From positions 207,204,001-207,268,000 of the forward strand of contig OZ024741.1 in the NCBI GenBank assembly GCA_964016885.1: a stretch of 64,000 nt of DNA, given 5' to 3'. Shown one piece after another: positions 45,877 through 59,730 of this stretch. The notes under the pieces were generated by a model. It was not told the origin of the DNA. It worked only from the letters and a program-made list of their open reading frames with translations, and did not search any database. The first letter of the stretch is position 1, and each line of letters begins with the position of its first letter. The stretch comes from Eledone cirrhosa (lineage: Eukaryota). A program made the translations under genes and the position numbers.

Positions 45877-48330
45877 AGACTAATTTGTTTTTGTGGCCGC
45901 TTCTAGCCAAAGCTTCGTTATAAAAGGTCGCATTTTTATCGAATACATCCTGGTTAGATGAAAAGTTAGAAATTCTGAGTGAGATATTATATGCTAGGTT
46001 TTTAAGGATAGATCTAGGGTGGTTGGATTGTGAGTGTATGTAATGTAAATTTTGGTTAGGTTTATGGTAAGGTTGGTAGATACCTGTAGATAAGTCTAAA
46101 GTTATATCAAGGAAATTAACTACCTTACTGGTGTTTTCAAATGTAATAGTGAGACTATAATAGTCTTTGAGGAAAGTTCTAATAAGTTTTTTTATTTAGC
46201 TAGAAGCGGCCACAAAAACAAATTAGTCTATATACCTTGTACCAATAATAAATCAAACATACAACCCAATATTACCAATAAACACCAGATGCCGCTCACA
46301 CTATACCCCAAAATACCAACTTAAAACTTAATTTCTCTACCTCTTCTCTTCTCACATACAATATAATAACTTCCAAAAAACTATTCATCCTAATACTCCA
46401 ATATACGTTAATAACATTACTAACAAAATTCTTAATAATCAGACTAAAACACCTAAATCAGTTAATCTAACTAAACCTATATATAATAAATTCACTAATA
46501 CTAACTCTCTTAGTAAACATCCTGATACATCGTATAAATATAAAAAACAACATCGAAACCGTAATAGACGAGTTACTTGGTATAATGCTCCATTTAATCT
46601 ACAAATTAAAGATAATATCCCTAAAATCTTTTTACTATCCTAGAGAAAAACTTCCCGCCAAACCATAAATACCATCAAATTTTAAATAGATCAACGGTCA
46701 AATTTTCCTACTCCACTACCAAAAATATACAACAAAATATAAGTTCCTACAATGCATATAAATGTAAAAAAAAACATGAATAGACCACCAACATATCAAA
46801 CTAACAATAATACTAAAATAAACTGCAACAAACCACCATCTCCTTCAAATATAACAAGTCGAGTAAATTCCACACCAAATTTGATAACTCCCCTGATATA
46901 ATATTCACGAATGGTTGTAACTGTAGAAACAAAGGAAATTGTCCATTAAAAGGAAATTGTCTTATTAATAACATAGTATATAAATGTAAAATTAGCACTA
47001 AGGACTCAGCTTATTCATATATAGGAGCTACTTCTAACCAATTTAAAGTAAGATTTAATACCCACATAGTTTTTAAAATGCCGCATTAGCTAATACAACA
47101 TCCTTGGCTGAAATAATTAATAATTATAGAAAAAAGAATTTCGATTATAACCTGACCTGGAGTGTGATCAAAAGGGCCACCCCTTATCAAAATAACAGAT
47201 ATGAGTATAGATTATGTTCCCAAGAACTTTTTGAAATAATGAAATCTAAGGATATCATATTAAATAAGCGACAAGAATTAATTATATCGTGCAATCATAG
47301 AATTAGATGAACTTTCAAATATTATAAACCTAATTAATATACACCTTACACTTATATTTTACAAATTATTATAATTAGTTCTTTTAATTTAGATAACCTA
47401 TAATTAGTATTTTACTACTGAGAACTTCATAATTTTATTTCTCTTTTAGAGCTCTCTTTTCCTAAAATTAATACCTATAAGTATACATATAAACTATTTT
47501 AATTTCCTGTTAATCTAAATTCCTTGTAGTCTATATAAGTTTGTTATTTCTCACTAATACATTTATCCAAAAAAAAATTTCCTTCGTTTTTAACAACATT
47601 CTTTAATAACATCTAACTCTTATTTATCACATCTATATGAATTAATATAAATTTATCCCTATAAGTATACCTATCAATTAAATTAATTTAATTTCTTGTT
47701 ATAGATCTAAATTCCTTGTGTTTTAAATAAGATTGGTTTTTCTCACTAACACATTTACCCTAAAATTTTATTCTCCTTCGATTTTAACATTAGCATTATT
47801 CTTTAATAACATCAAATGTTCGTGTACCTTTCACTGGCTTGACCTCTTTTCATCCTCAAAGTAATCTTTTCATTCAAAGTATTCTTTCCATTCAAAACTT
47901 AAGTCTGCATTCCTCTACCCCTAAATTAAATTTCTACTACTACTATTCTATCAACTTGACCACTTACTACTTTTCTATTGGTCAATTCAAAACCTATTCC
48001 CAAACAGACCTATTATATTAAATCTTTGTTGGTTTTTTTCAATAAACAGATAGACAGCATATATATGTATAGGTATCTATATTTCCTCTGATAGTTTGTA
48101 ACATTTTTACATAGATCTATATGATATACATACCAACACACACATATATATCCTATAAACGATCGTTAAATGATGAATTTTTTAATATAAGGAACTGTTT
48201 CTTTGTTTTTATTCATTGTTTTTATTAGTTTATCTTGACTCTGTTTTCCTGTGATTTTCATCGAAAAAAAATGTTGAATACATCTCTTTTCATGATATTT
48301 GGATTACATTGAGTTCTTCATACGGATTGG
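45877..48330 (+). mobile_element. 5'-truncated PLE with inverted RT-thumb segment
   Basis: 45877-46200 minus: VVNFLDITLDL...YHKP...SNHP...YNEALARSGHKNKL. Plus strand continues to WYNAPFN, CNCRNKGNCPLKGNCL, SYIGATSN and ILNKRQE..SCNHR. Confidence 0.87.
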
Positions 48331-48355
48331 ACACTACCGTATATTTTGGTAGATT

Positions 48356-48482
<127 letters not shown>

Positions 48483-48502
48483 TTATATATATATATATAT
48501 AT

Positions 48503-49954
48503 ATGAAAGACGTAAAATAAGAAAATTATAAAAATTAACTTACTTACTAAAATTTCACTCCGACTAATTAGTTTCTGAAAGGGAATAAACATGCTTTCCG
48601 AATGGAACCTATACAAAAATAATTCAGTGGATGGAAAAAAGCAAGCGTGGAATAAATTCCAAGACATTGAAAAAAATCACTGCCTACTTGGTCGGTGGCA
48701 AATTCAAAAGAATCAATCACGTGACATCGAGGTTAATCAATGAAGAGTGGGGTGTTAAGAAGACAGTAGCCGAACTATTACTATGAACTATAGTAGCAGT
48801 TTTGGCAAATTTTTGCTCAACAAAATAATTTGGAGATAATTATAAAGAATTAGTATATCTACCAACATATATATACAGATGCATACCTATGCTAGCAAAG
48901 TTACTAAGACAAAACCTATATATTTGCTAGCATAGGTATGCATCTGCATATATATGTTGGTAGATATACTAACTCTTTATAATTATCTCCAAATTATTTT
49001 GTTGAGCAAAAATTTGCCAAAACTGCTACTATAGTTCATAGTAATAGATCGGCTACTGTCTTCTTAACACCCCACTCTTCATTGATTAACCTTGATGTCA
49101 CGTGATTGATTCTTTTGAATTTGCCACCGACCAAGTAGGCAGTGATTTTTTTCAATGTCTTGGAATTTATTCCACGCTTGCTTTTTTCCATCCACTGAAT
49201 TATTTTTGTATAAGTTCCCTGTGTCCACGCATCGCCTGGGAAATGAGCTGAGAATAGACTTCCTGATGACGAAAGGCTTTCTCCATGGGTTCCATTCGGA
49301 AACCATGTTTATTCCCTTTCAGAAACTAATTAGTTGGAGTGAAATTTTAGTAAGTTAATATTTATAATTTTCTTATTTTACGTCTTTCATATAATTGTTC
49401 TGCATCCCCTTGCATTGAGCCACAAAGTTACTAAGACAAAACCTATATATTTGCTAGCAAATGGGGGTTAGTAGGCGTCAGTCATCTTACCATCCCATTC
49501 CTTCTGACTAGCCTCTGTGTCACGTGATTGATTCTTTAGAATCGGCCATTTGACTAGAAGCAGTGAGGATTTCAGTGCATGGAATTCAGTCCTCGCTAGC
49601 TGTTCCATCTACCGAATTATTATTATTTGTATATGAGCCGCCAGTGTCCGCGCATTGCCTGGAGACTTAGCTGAGAAGAGACTCCCTGATGACACGCAAT
49701 GAATTCTCGACAGTTAGATTACGTAACTGTCTGTATCCCATTGCAGAAACTAATTAGTTGGAGTGAAAATTTAAGTAACTAAGTAAAAAAATTTTTTAAA
49801 AAATTTTTTGGAAAAAGATTTTCTTATTTTACGTCTTTTATATTATTGTTCTGCATCCTCCTGCATTGAACCACCTAGGTACTATGACATAACCTGTGTA
49901 TTTGCTGGCATAGGCGTGCATCTGTGCGCTTATGTTAGTTGATATATTAAATTA

Positions 49955-49955
<1 letters not shown>
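48503..49955. mobile_element. Non-coding family D (unit ~530 bp, inverted plus tandem) with hammerhead-like motif; relatives at 24228-24600 and 28208-28648
   Basis: 48503-48900 is inverted relative to 48920-49390. TTACTAAGACAAAACCTATATATTTGCTAGCA occurs at ~48901 and ~49428. CTGATGA-CGAA...TTCG-GAAAC-CAT-GTT at ~49263-49309. Confidence 0.7.
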
Positions 49956-50040
<85 letters not shown>

Positions 50041-50108
50041 ATATTAAAACCTCATTATAATCTCACCACAATACACAACAGCCAGCAGCCAAAAGAAGTG
50101 TTTACATT

Positions 50109-50193
<85 letters not shown>

Positions 50194-50278
50194 GTAGGTC
50201 CCGGGTTGAGTCAGGGATAACCACAGTAAGTAAGGTACTCAATACATGGCAGAGTAAAAATTTTTATTTTATAGAAGG

Positions 50279-50329
50279 AGCTTCTACAGGACTAGTACTG
50301 TTTCATTCAGATGAAATCTTCAGGAAGCT
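50279..50329 (-). ncRNA. Type I hammerhead ribozyme
   Basis: Minus strand: AGCTTC-CTGAAGA-TTTC ATCT GAAT-GAAAC AG TACTAGTC CT GTA^GAAGCT. Stem I is a perfect 6 bp and stem III is 4 bp. Confidence 0.8.
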
Positions 50330-50949
50330 ATATATATATATATATATATATAGTTTGATGTTATGTCTCTGTAGTTGAACAAAATAGCTTTTGAATACAA
50401 TATGGCGTAACTTCATGTTTTTAAATGTAAACACTTCTTTTGGCTGCTGGCTGTCGTGTATTGTGGTGAGATTATAATGAGGTTTTAATATTAAATATCT
50501 GGTTTTGAAAAGTCCCAGGAGAAGGATGAAACGTTTGTAAATCACCAGTTAATGTATTAATGTATCTGGTGTCTATTTTAATGAATAATTTGCTTCTAGT
50601 GTAATTGTTATTTTTAGCACAATACGATTCTGTATACATGCCTTTTTGGAAAATTCTTTCAATTATACATAACCTTTTTTTTTTTGCTTATTATGATAAA
50701 TTACTCTAATTTGCGCTGTGTTTATCTTCGCCTATGTTTCTAATTTTTTATAATGTTTTTGTGAAAAACGATATCTATTTCAATTGCATATATATGTATG
50801 CAGCATTGGAGAACATCCACCTTGCATAGAAATATAATCGTCCATGCTCCTCCTCCCCGCGTAGCAACTATTCCTAGAATCTCTGTATACACCACCACTC
50901 CTCCCAACCATGTCACAGGTGTCTGACCATGATATAGTTCCTCATCCTC

Positions 50950-51275
50950 TTCTCTCTACCCACATCGCCTTATCGTTTATAATGTTTAAGCAGAGATCCG
51001 TGTGTAATACTGGTAATCTATTGTTAGGGTGTTTGGAACGGTAGTCAATAGTTATTGTTATGCTCTGGTGTATGGAGTTAGCTATCTGCTGGACGTTCTC
51101 CATTGTGTTATTTTCAGGTTTATTGGTTTATTGGTGGGGGTGTTCTTATTACTATATTGATATCGTCTACGTAACGAGAGTACATGACGAGGGCTATCGA
51201 GTTCTCTTCTAGGAGTTCTCTGAGTCTTCTTTCCCACCATACCATAAATAGGTTGGCAACATCACCAGCTATGTT
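50950..51275 (-). mobile_element. PLE RT fragment (motifs B'-C-E) of a second clade, possibly Naiad-like
   Basis: IAGDVANLFMVWWERRL...YSRYVDDINI...QIANSIH..ITITID...RLPVL. Confidence 0.65.
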
Positions 51276-51804
51276 ATCATCATTGCCGTTCGTATTGTTT
51301 CGTATTGTTGTTATTTATGTTCGTATTCCAACGGATTTTAGTGAAGGACTTTTCAATTTCCGACAAACATCGTATTGGGTTTACCTTGTTATATATAGTG
51401 AACAGTGGTGGTAGTTGTAGAATATGTTGTTCTTGTTCGTTGGTTAATGATTAATATGAAAAGAATAACATATAAAAGAATTAACGAATTTTACAAACAG
51501 AGACGCGTTAATGTTAAGAAAATTCTAAATCTCACCACACCAAATTCAAGTTTCGAGATGAAACAAAATATGCTCAAAACGAATGTAAAATAAATTTTAA
51601 TAAAAAAATTAAGATGGATGAAGGACAAAAAACAACAAGAAAAGAGACAATAAAACTTATAGAAATACCCCGACAAGATTGACAATATTTATATGGCAGT
51701 TATCACATTACCTACAGAGTTTACGAAAGACCATACACTAAACATCTATTGTAACAGTGAACAAGAACAACATATTCTACAACTACCACTAGAGTTCATT
51801 ATAG

Positions 51805-51982
51805 GACGGTGGATTGGCAGTATCAGTAGAGGGTCGTACGCCATGCTTCGACGCATAGATTTACGGCCCTTGCCATTCTGAGTTCAAATCCCGCCTTTCA
51901 TCCTTACGGGGTCGATAATATAAAGTACCAGTAATGCACTGGGTAATTGCTGGCCTTGTGACAAAAGTAGAAACAATTATAT
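51805..51982 (+). mobile_element. SINE copy
   Basis: GGTGGATTGGCAGTATC...GAGTTCAAATCCCGCC...GGCCTTGTGACAAAAGTAGAAACAATTAT. Confidence 0.85.
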
Positions 51983-52409
51983 ATAACAAGGTAAACCCAT
52001 TGAGATGCCTGTCGAAAATTGAAAAGTCCTTCACTAAAATCCGTTGGCATACGAACATAAATAACAACAATATGAACGGCAATAGTAATAACAATGAAAG
52101 TGGTAACAAAAACAATAATAACTTCGGCTATAAATATAACGACTATAATAATATTAGTCATAACAATAACAACAACAGGAACATCAGGATATATAGAAAT
52201 AATAATAATAGAAATAGCAGTAACAACAACGATAACAATAGACACAACAACAACAACAACAACAACAACAACAGCAACAGCAATAGGCATAACAACAATA
52301 CATGTAACAATCATAACAGAAATAACAATAACAACGTAGGGAAAACAACAACAACTATAATAATAATAATAAGGAGGACGTGGGTTAATCCAGTTAGACA
52401 TTGCGTTGA

Positions 52410-53577
52410 AAACTGCAACAATTGGATTATCCACATATCTAAGGGAATCACATGATTGGATGATCAAACTCGTTTTGAAACACGAAAGCACCAAAAGATC
52501 ATATTCCATTACAAAAGATGCACAAAGATACAGTAATGGACTACAAATTTCAGAAGTCCCATTTACTGCTGAAATGGAAAACACAGAAAAAGCAAAGCAG
52601 GTAAAAGTAACTGCAAAGAAAGAACTGCTACAGAAACTGGCTAAGAAATGGCAAGAAAAGCTCTGTATGGAAAATACCCAGAGCGAGCTAACAATCCTGA
52701 TGTTGACAAAACTTTAACCCATCAGTGGTTGGCATCCTCTGGACTGAAATCGGAGACTGAAGGACTGATTATATCGGCACAAGATCAGTGTCTGCCAACA
52801 AAAAATTACCAAGCCAACATAATAAAAAATGGGTGCAGCCCATTATGCCGTGTATGCAAAAGACAACCAGAGACCATTGACCATATAATTTCAATGTGCA
52901 GTCCTATAGCTCCAACCGAATACCTAAACAGGCATGACAGAGCTGCACAATACATACATTGGATAATGTGTAAGCATTTTGACCTGCCCCATCAAAAGAA
53001 TTGGTGGGAGCATCAACCACCTCCCATACTTGAAAAAGATCACATCTCAATCTTGTGGAACTTTAGCATCCAAACAGACCGAAAAATAGATGCAAATAGA
53101 CCTGATATAATATTGAAGGACTTTCAAAGGAGGGTATGCCTGCTAATTGATATGTCTGTTCCAATAGACAAGAATGTATCTATAAAAACATTTGAAAAAT
53201 TGAGCAAGTATAAGGACCTGGAGATAGAAATTGGAAAAATGTGGAAATTGAGAACTAAAACAATACCAGTGGTTGTAGGCGCTCTGGGAATGATACCTAA
53301 GGCGTCTAACGACTACTTATCGCAAATCCCAGGAAACCCGCGTATAGGAGATATACAAAAGATAGTACTAATGGGAACTGCCCATATACTAAGGAAGATC
53401 CTGTCAATATAAGTACATCACAAGTCTAAACACTAAGGATGCATGTGTGAATATGTGTGTTCTTTCTTGAACATGGCGGACCTTGTTGTCTCTTGAGGTC
53501 ACTGGTTGTGACTTGGTGATAACTCGTATAAACATAAAGCAAGATAAATGCAAATAATAATAATAATAATAATAATA
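52410..53577 (+). mobile_element. 5'-truncated R4/Dong-type non-LTR retrotransposon with (TAA)n tail
   Basis: ORF 52648-53412: LKSETEGLIISAQDQ, CCHC knuckle CRVC...ETIDHIISMC, RHD, RPDII...LIDMS, KLSKYKDL, IPVVVGALG. (TAA)n at ~53555-53577. Confidence 0.92.
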
Positions 53578-53579
53578 GA

Positions 53580-54520
53580 GCACACAACTATAACGGTAGA
53601 TTTAATGACAACCCCTTAGAGAACCTGTTCTTCAACCCAGCTGACAAAACATACAAGATGAACAAAATTTACCCCACTAAATTACCTTTTGATTAAAGCG
53701 ATTTTATAACACAACAAATAGATGACCAAACAGAGGCACAGATTACCATTGCTAGAAATAAACTTAGACAGGTAGTAGAACAATATACCAGGAGACAAAA
53801 CAAACCAGAAATTCAACAACTTGGAAGAAAACCTACGGAAGGCCTACTTAGCTTCATGCAACGCACAAGGGATGGTGAGCTAGTGTGTTTACCTACAGAC
53901 AAATTCGGTAGGATGTCAATAGACAGCATGCCAAACTACATCAAGGCTATGCAACCCCCACATCATCAACACGAGCGAAACAACGCCACAGACACACGAG
54001 GAAAGAGAAAGGATCCTCAATGCTCGCATGATGATGTGGACTGACATCATAAAACCAAATAGATGCACAGCCAATAACTCCCAGGCCTCTAACAATGACA
54101 TACCACCCTTGCATGGGTTCCATAAAGACCATAAAACAACTAACGACCCTATGACAGGTCCACCAACAAGACCTGCATGCGGAACCAATATTGCTAGGAA
54201 CTACAGGATGTCCTACTTCCTATCTATGATTATACGCCCCATAACTAAAATGTCCCCAGATATATGTGACAGTACCGAGGACCTCCTCAGCAGAATCAAT
54301 GAATGCAACAACGAAAACTTATCAAACTTCATTATAGGCATTATGGATCTAATATCCTTGTACCCATCCAGTGACATTGATTTTGCTGTGGAAAGATGTG
54401 TGGAAATAATCAGTGAGAGTGAAGTAGAGTTCTGCGACGTTGACACAGATGAACTGGGCCTCCTACTTAGACGTACATGTGACAGAGAATACTTAAATAA
54501 TTATGAACTATCCACAAACA
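53580..54520 (+). mobile_element. PLE RT N-terminal fragment, possibly Naiad-like (perhaps the same family as 50950-51275)
   Basis: CLPTDKFGR; PPLHGFHKDHK; GPPTRPACG; DSTEDLL; GIMDLISLYPS. Confidence 0.7.
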
Positions 54521-55057
54521 AATAATACTGACCTAAGGTAAATATAAATAAATAAATATACACCAGTACAAGAATCATACATAAACACAAGAATCATACA
54601 TAAACACACACTCGTGAAGAAAGATAGAATACAAACACACATAGACTCAGACACCAACACACACACAAAAACAGAAAACATACACGCAAACGCTTGCGCA
54701 AACGGAGACAAGAATAAATAGACAAATAAAATAAAAATGGCGTATTCATTACAATACAACGGGAGGAAACATGATAGTACCACTGATAATGTCGCAGGTG
54801 TGTGATAAAAGAATTTTGATAGACTGTATATATCTATATTTATATCTGTATTTTTAACCGTCAATCAATGACAAACATTGATTGCCAGATAAATTAACTA
54901 TGGAGATATAAAAGATACAGAAGCGAAAACCAATCCAAACTAAACAGTGAGTGTGTTTTATTATTATTTCTGGCAATATTATAACAATATGACCCTCTCC
55001 AAATATAACTATATTTGTTTCAACATACGATTTCATATCAAAAACCTTGCAAAATAA

Positions 55058-55171
<114 letters not shown>

Positions 55172-55740
55172 AGAATTGAGTGCTGGTGGTTGCACATGTG
55201 TTACATATGAAAAAAATTAGTCCTTCATCAGTGATTTCCCAACTATCATCGGTATTTCATCGCTTTGAAAATCATATACCTCCAGTTGGTGCGAGCAATG
55301 GCTAAATAAAGCTATTGGGACAAGTTATATCGCGTAAAGCGAAACAAAAATGGAATAGCAACGGAAAGATAGGAGAAACAAGCACATGATATCTATTCAG
55401 CTTAAGCTGGGTGAATTTCATGAGCGAGAGAGAAATACAGACCGTCTGACGTGAGTGAGGTGTGAGTGAGAATGGACCCCACACAGGCCAAACGGGAGGA
55501 AGTGAGAAGGGGAGAAGCAGAGAGTGAGTGAGTGGATGTGCGAGAGGAAGAGGCCAGTCGAAAGAAAGTGTGACTGACAGACGGGGCGAAAGAAGGTGAG
55601 AGATACAGAGAGAGGGGGGAAGTAGTAAGAGAGAAACAGACAAACGTAGCTGGAGAAAAATATATATAAAAATATGAGAAGAATTGAGTGCTGCGTGGTT
55701 GCATGTGGGTTACATATGAAAAAAATATATATATATGATA

Positions 55741-55790
<50 letters not shown>

Positions 55791-56429
55791 ATTGGGTGTG
55801 AATCAAAGTCGCAGCCGCCGTATAACGGGTACTAATCGAATTGTTTGAGGCAATCACAAAGCACTCAATCGATCGAGACGCTAAACATTATCGTCCAGAG
55901 TAAAATACAACAGTTCAAAAGTGTGACACCAACAAAAACGACCGAATATATATATTCTTGTATTTGTTTTACTAGTTTCAGTCATTTGACTGCGGCTGTG
56001 CTGGGGCACCACCTCAATTTAATCTAACACCTTAACTACAAAATACTATTGCTGGTGCTCTTGTTGTTATTACCTAATAACAAATATTGTAATTGTCCTC
56101 CGCCTTGCTTTCACTGCTTCATAATAAGAGCGCTATCTGTCTGTCTGTCCGTCCGTCCCTCCGTACGTCACGCTCAAATTTATATAGAGAGGGGGAACGT
56201 CAAGCGAGAGATATGTACATGCATATAGAGAGAACAGGGAACGTCGTGTGTTTTCGGCAAAAAGTTACGACGACGCCCTCATCTATATAGAAAGAGCGGG
56301 AGCGTAAAGCGAAAGAGATGTACATAGATGGAGAGAGAAAAGAAGCGTCATTTGTTTAGAGAGAATGCTTATGTGACAGAAAGAGGGAGAGACGACGTCA
56401 CTCACATCTACTATATATATATATTAATA

Positions 56430-56484
<55 letters not shown>

Positions 56485-56565
56485 CTACATACATACAAAC
56501 AAACAATATCTATGCACAACAGGGTATATTAGAAGAATTAATATAATATAATACTTCGTTGTGAA

Positions 56566-56965
56566 AATAATTGTTTCTACCCAGTACTTTATTTTATCGA
56601 TCCCGTAAGGATGAAAGGCAAAGTTAACCTCGGCGGGATTTGAACTCAGACCATAAAGGGACGTAACCCATGGCGTCCAACCCTCTACCAATACTGCCAA
56701 TCCACCGCCCTGGTTCTGAAAATAATTGTTTCTATTTTAGGCACAAGGCCAGCAATTACCCAGTACATTACTGGTACTTTACTTTATCGACCCCGTAAGG
56801 ATGAAAGGCAAAATTAACCTCGGCGGGATTTGAACTCAGATCATAAAGGGACGTAACTCTATGCGTCTGAAAATAATTGTTTCTACTTTAGGCACAAGGC
56901 CAGCAAATACCCAGTGCATTACTGGTACTTTATTTTATCGACCCCGTATGCGTCTGAAAATAAGG
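56566..56965 (-). mobile_element. Tandem partial SINE copies
   Basis: TGAAAATAATTGTTTCTA...GTACTTT..TTTATCGA..CCCGTA occurs three times; the B-box reverse complement GGGATTTGAACTC occurs twice. Confidence 0.85.
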
Positions 56966-57270
56966 ATGTGTAAACACACTTTTTATTTCTTCCTTAGTAC
57001 ATAAAAAAAAACACAAAACGATTACATTAATGCGTTTTAGCAATTATTTTAGCAATTATTGTCTCCTCATTAGAAAATAAACCTTGTTTTTTCTGTGTAC
57101 AGAAGGTATAATAGAAATTGCTTAAAATGTAATCTTTTCGCAGCGTGGCTTCTGATACAAGAATTATTCCTACACTCAATTAATCTCATTTGTATATATA
57201 TATATTATGTGTATGTGTGTGTGTGTATATATATATTATGTGAATGTATATGTATATATATATGTATGTA

Positions 57271-57790
57271 GGTCGCTCTCGAGTGCTACTGGTAACATGT
57301 AACGCAGTACAACCTGTCTCGTGGTCAGGTCATCGGTGACTAAACCGGCAACTCCACCAAGCTTGCTTGGTAAGGAGGGTGATATTTGAACACCCTACGG
57401 GATGAAATACAAGACCCGGCAAAAGGCAGAGGAAGTCAGCAGAGTCAACGGCCATCGAAATAGTACTTCTTTTTCACCTGGGAGTGGAAGGCCCCGAGTT
57501 GCTGTCACAACACCTTTCTAGGAGAGGGGAAACTCTGAAAAACAAACCTGCGGCTTCGGAAGCATCCGATGATGTTGACCAGTTCTTCTTTTCAGGTAGT
57601 GTTTTCAATGTTCAGAGAGTGGGATTGGTCGAGTGCAAGGCCTTTCCCCACTTAAAAAGCCTTCAAAGTACAGACATTGCTTGTTCAGGATATGTTACAT
57701 ACGGCTGGCCGTAGCCTAAAAGTGTAATGAACTCTATAATCTGACAAGCTATTGCAATACTCTTAGCTGAGTTTGCAGCCATTTTATATA
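57271..57790 (+). repeat. Second copy of the 5762-6265 dispersed repeat
   Basis: Collinear similarity throughout. Confidence 0.75.
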
Positions 57791-58167
57791 GATATAGAAT
57801 TTTGCGACGTCCTATTTGCACGATAGCAACGCAAGTTGAGTTAACCAGGGCAGCACTCAATTCAATGATACAGAAAACGAAGTCATTCTTTCAGAGTAGC
57901 AATTAATTATTTGATTTTGAAAGAGTTGCAGACAGAAGACTGAAAGAACGCATAAACCATATACAGAAGCTTATAACGATAAGAACCCAGTAAAAAAAAA
58001 ACATATTTACTATTGCTGCAGTGGTTTTGTAATGCACCATGCTGCACGTGTATTCGATAACATCAATATTTGTGAAATATTTTACAAATATAAATTACAC
58101 TATGTAAACGCGTAGCTCATACGCATCTTAGTGCTTCATGTACACAGAAACACACAGAAACACACAG

Positions 58168-58233
<66 letters not shown>

Positions 58234-58276
58234 ACACACACACACGCACCCCCCCCCCCCCACACACACACACACT

Positions 58277-59492
58277 AGATTTATCCTTATCGAGCCCTCT
58301 TTGGATTTTAGTCTTCAAATTTATTATTATTACTATTTGGCTCCATCGGTTGAGCACTCTATTGACTTATATTCATCATGCAGAAACAACATCTGAATAT
58401 TTCTACAAGGAACATACCCGTACCAAGCAGGAAGAAATACCTAATACTCCTGATAGAGAAAACAGACTCGTTCATTAAAAGGTTGCGTTGGCGTGCCTTT
58501 TATTTCGATAATCAGAGAAAAGCGGACAACAAACAAGATAAATTTGGGTTTAAAACCTACATTCACCCGCCGAGTAACCCAGCATTGCTACCCTTCGAAA
58601 ATGATGTCTTCGAACTCATACGGAGTATCAAATTTAGGAGCAATAAGGCTAGATCGTATAACGGAAATAAAAGACCATGTGACCTCTGCGCCGCTGAAGC
58701 CCTGGAAATACACTACGCCAATGACCACATCATAAACAAAAATTCTGAGGCAATTTCGGCTTGTAAACATAAATTGCACAAAACTTTCCTGTATTACAAC
58801 CCCACTTTATAACCTAATGGATAGTACGAACTATATGCGGCTATTTTACGTCTGATGTGGTAGCTAAGTATTTTATATTTATACCATTACTTATTTGTGA
58901 AGGTACGTATACTTTCTCGTACGTATATTTGCTTGTATTTGTTATAGGCGTATATATTATATTATATATACTGGTACATGTGTATATGGTTATGTGTATA
59001 CGTGAGTTTTGCGTTTGTGTGTGTATGCGGGTTTGCACGTATGTAGGGTGTGTGTATATGTGTACTTTGTGTTTTGGTTGACTTGCGAACATATGTGTAT
59101 TTACATGTAGGTATGTGTGTGCGCGCGTTATATACGTATTTATGTCTGTATATTTATATACGTTTATATAGTTATATGTATACACACACACACACACACA
59201 CATGTATATATTTTTTTACATATGTTTTATGTGTATTTGGTGTATACGTTCGTATGTGTGCGAGTACAGCTGTTGCGTGGGTTTTGTATGTGTGTGCGTG
59301 TTTTTGTGTACGTGCCTGTATTTGCATACCCACGGCGGGTGTTTTCCCGTATGCATGTGTATGTACGTATATGGATGCGTGCATGTATATATTTAATTAT
59401 TGTTGATTTCAATAACCTCTGTAATTTATTTACATTATGCTTAACTCTGAAGCCGAGAATCATTCGGTTTCCTAAATAGAATTTTAGTCTAT
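58277..59492 (+). mobile_element. Internally deleted mini-PLE (same family as 32200-36210) with a 144-aa fused ORF at 58378-58812
   Basis: N-terminus (NIPVPSRKKYL...FELIRSIKFRSN) is joined in frame to the endonuclease tail (KARSYNGNKRPCDLCAAE...SACKHK). The UTRs match the 33-35 kb copy. Confidence 0.88.
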
Positions 59493-59650
59493 GGTCAAGT
59501 GTCTACAAACACACTCACACACGCACACATATAAGCCCTCACTCCCACACGCTCGCACAAACACACACTCTTATTCTTATATATACATATATTTAAACAA
59601 ATACATACATATAAATACACACCGACACAATATATATATATATATACACG

Positions 59651-59694
<44 letters not shown>

Positions 59695-59730
59695 CTAGCC
59701 GAATTACCCGCGCCTTGCTGCGTTTCGCAC
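59695..59730 (-). mobile_element. Helitron-like 3' terminus
   Basis: A|CTAGCCGAATTACCCGCGCCTTGCTGCG on plus equals an imperfect hairpin plus CTAG|T on minus. Confidence 0.55.
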
